Source: Azolla caroliniana (lineage: Eukaryota > Plantae > Polypodiophyta). Taken from it: a stretch of DNA of 64,000 nt. Positions within the stretch are counted from its first letter, which is position 1. Each line of letters opens with the position of its first letter. The notes beneath the pieces are model-generated. The model saw nothing but the letters and a program-made list of their open reading frames with translations, was not told where the DNA came from and searched no databases. Shown here piece after piece: positions 63,321 to 64,000 of the stretch. The translations under genes were made by a program, and so were the position numbers. The stretch lies in assembly GCA_043228905.1 (NCBI GenBank), contig JBHGNT010000021.1:10168001-10232000 (forward strand), given 5' to 3'.

Positions 63321-63791
63321 TGTTATGTACACATAACGTTGGTGAGGGTAGGTCACTAATATTTACATTAGTGAAGGGTATGTTCACTATTATTAAAAAG
63401 GGGACTAATGATTGGATAGAATGAATGATATGTGCATGCACTATCATGATTTAGACAACCAATGAATAGAGAGCCTTTTAGAAAGGCACATCTATTCAAG
63501 GGGCCTAGGAAAAGGTATAAATATGAGGCTTAGCTACCCTCATAGGGATCACGTCGGAAGGCTGCTGTCGTAGACACCGGTGGTGCGGGCTAGGCTTTCG
63601 TCTCGACGATCGTGTTTATCTCTTCCAAGGTATTAGTCATCCTAATATCCGGCGGTATGGGACGTCGGTGGTAGGTTGGCTATGTCTAGATCATAGCTCG
63701 GGGGTGGTCGGGTGGAACGGGTTCTTCTATCCAATCTATTTTCTTCCTTTTTACTTGATTTGGTCTATTGATTAGTAATAGACTCTTAACA
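63321..63791 (+). repeat. 3' LTR of the chromovirus
   Basis: Copy of 56683-57153, preceded by the PPT GAAGTAGGGGAGTA. Confidence 0.97.
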
Positions 63792-63959
63792 CCACCGGGA
63801 GCGACATAGCCATGCCTCTATCCATGTCTTCTACTGTGTCTGTTTTCAACCTGTTAGGGTTTTCTTCACAAGAGTAAATGTCTGCAGCAGAGGTTCTCAA
63901 CCCTCGCGCTCTGATACCATGAAAACGTAAGTGTTTGCGGAAGCGTAAAACAGAGAACA

Positions 63960-64000
<41 letters not shown>

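Larger units (their letters stand above)
56683..63791 (+). mobile_element. Intact Ty3/gypsy chromovirus (Reina/Tekay-like), 7109 bp
   Basis: Two 471-bp TG...CA LTRs; 5-bp TSD CCACC at 56678-56682 and 63792-63796; PBS-Met; PPT at 63307-63320; uninterrupted Gag-Pol. Confidence 0.97.
51275..64000 (-). mobile_element. Near full-length Ty1/copia: 3' LTR 51275-51674, PBS-Met 63908-63919, 5' LTR from 63920 off the window edge; split by the chromovirus
   Basis: TGAAAACGTAAGTGTTT at both 51275 and 63920. PPT at 51675. Gag MDRGMAMSLPV (ATG at 63825) resumes as VEKLDRSNY across the CCACC TSD. Confidence 0.95.

Overview
Land-plant nuclear DNA (possibly a fern or other seed-free plant; this is inference from the TE lineages only). 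Three intron-containing host genes lie on the minus strand: a NARA5-like pfkB carbohydrate kinase (11028-13583), a DRP3-type dynamin-related GTPase (24128-32312) and a TBL-family O-acetyltransferase (43210-44650). They sit among dense, nested transposons. These include several Ty1/copia elements, a tRNA-Trp-primed non-chromoviral Ty3/gypsy family present as about six LTR copies, non-autonomous hAT and Mutator elements, PPR gene relics and one intact, very young chromovirus (56683-63791; 471-bp LTRs with one visible mismatch, CCACC TSD, single 1467-aa Gag-Pol). The most notable observations are: (1) a Copia family whose Pol carries a conserved ~245-aa in-frame extension bounded by a duplicated PPT; (2) a poly(A)- and TSD-bearing PPR retrocopy inserted into a Copia gag; (3) a 1.75-kb chromovirus leader with hairpin-forming tandem repeats and a possible intron; (4) a conserved U5 hairpin in the Trp-primed LTRs; (5) a five-layer nested insertion. 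No prokaryotic systems, CRISPR arrays, rRNA or tRNA genes were seen. All alignments were done by eye, so boundaries of degenerate elements are approximate.
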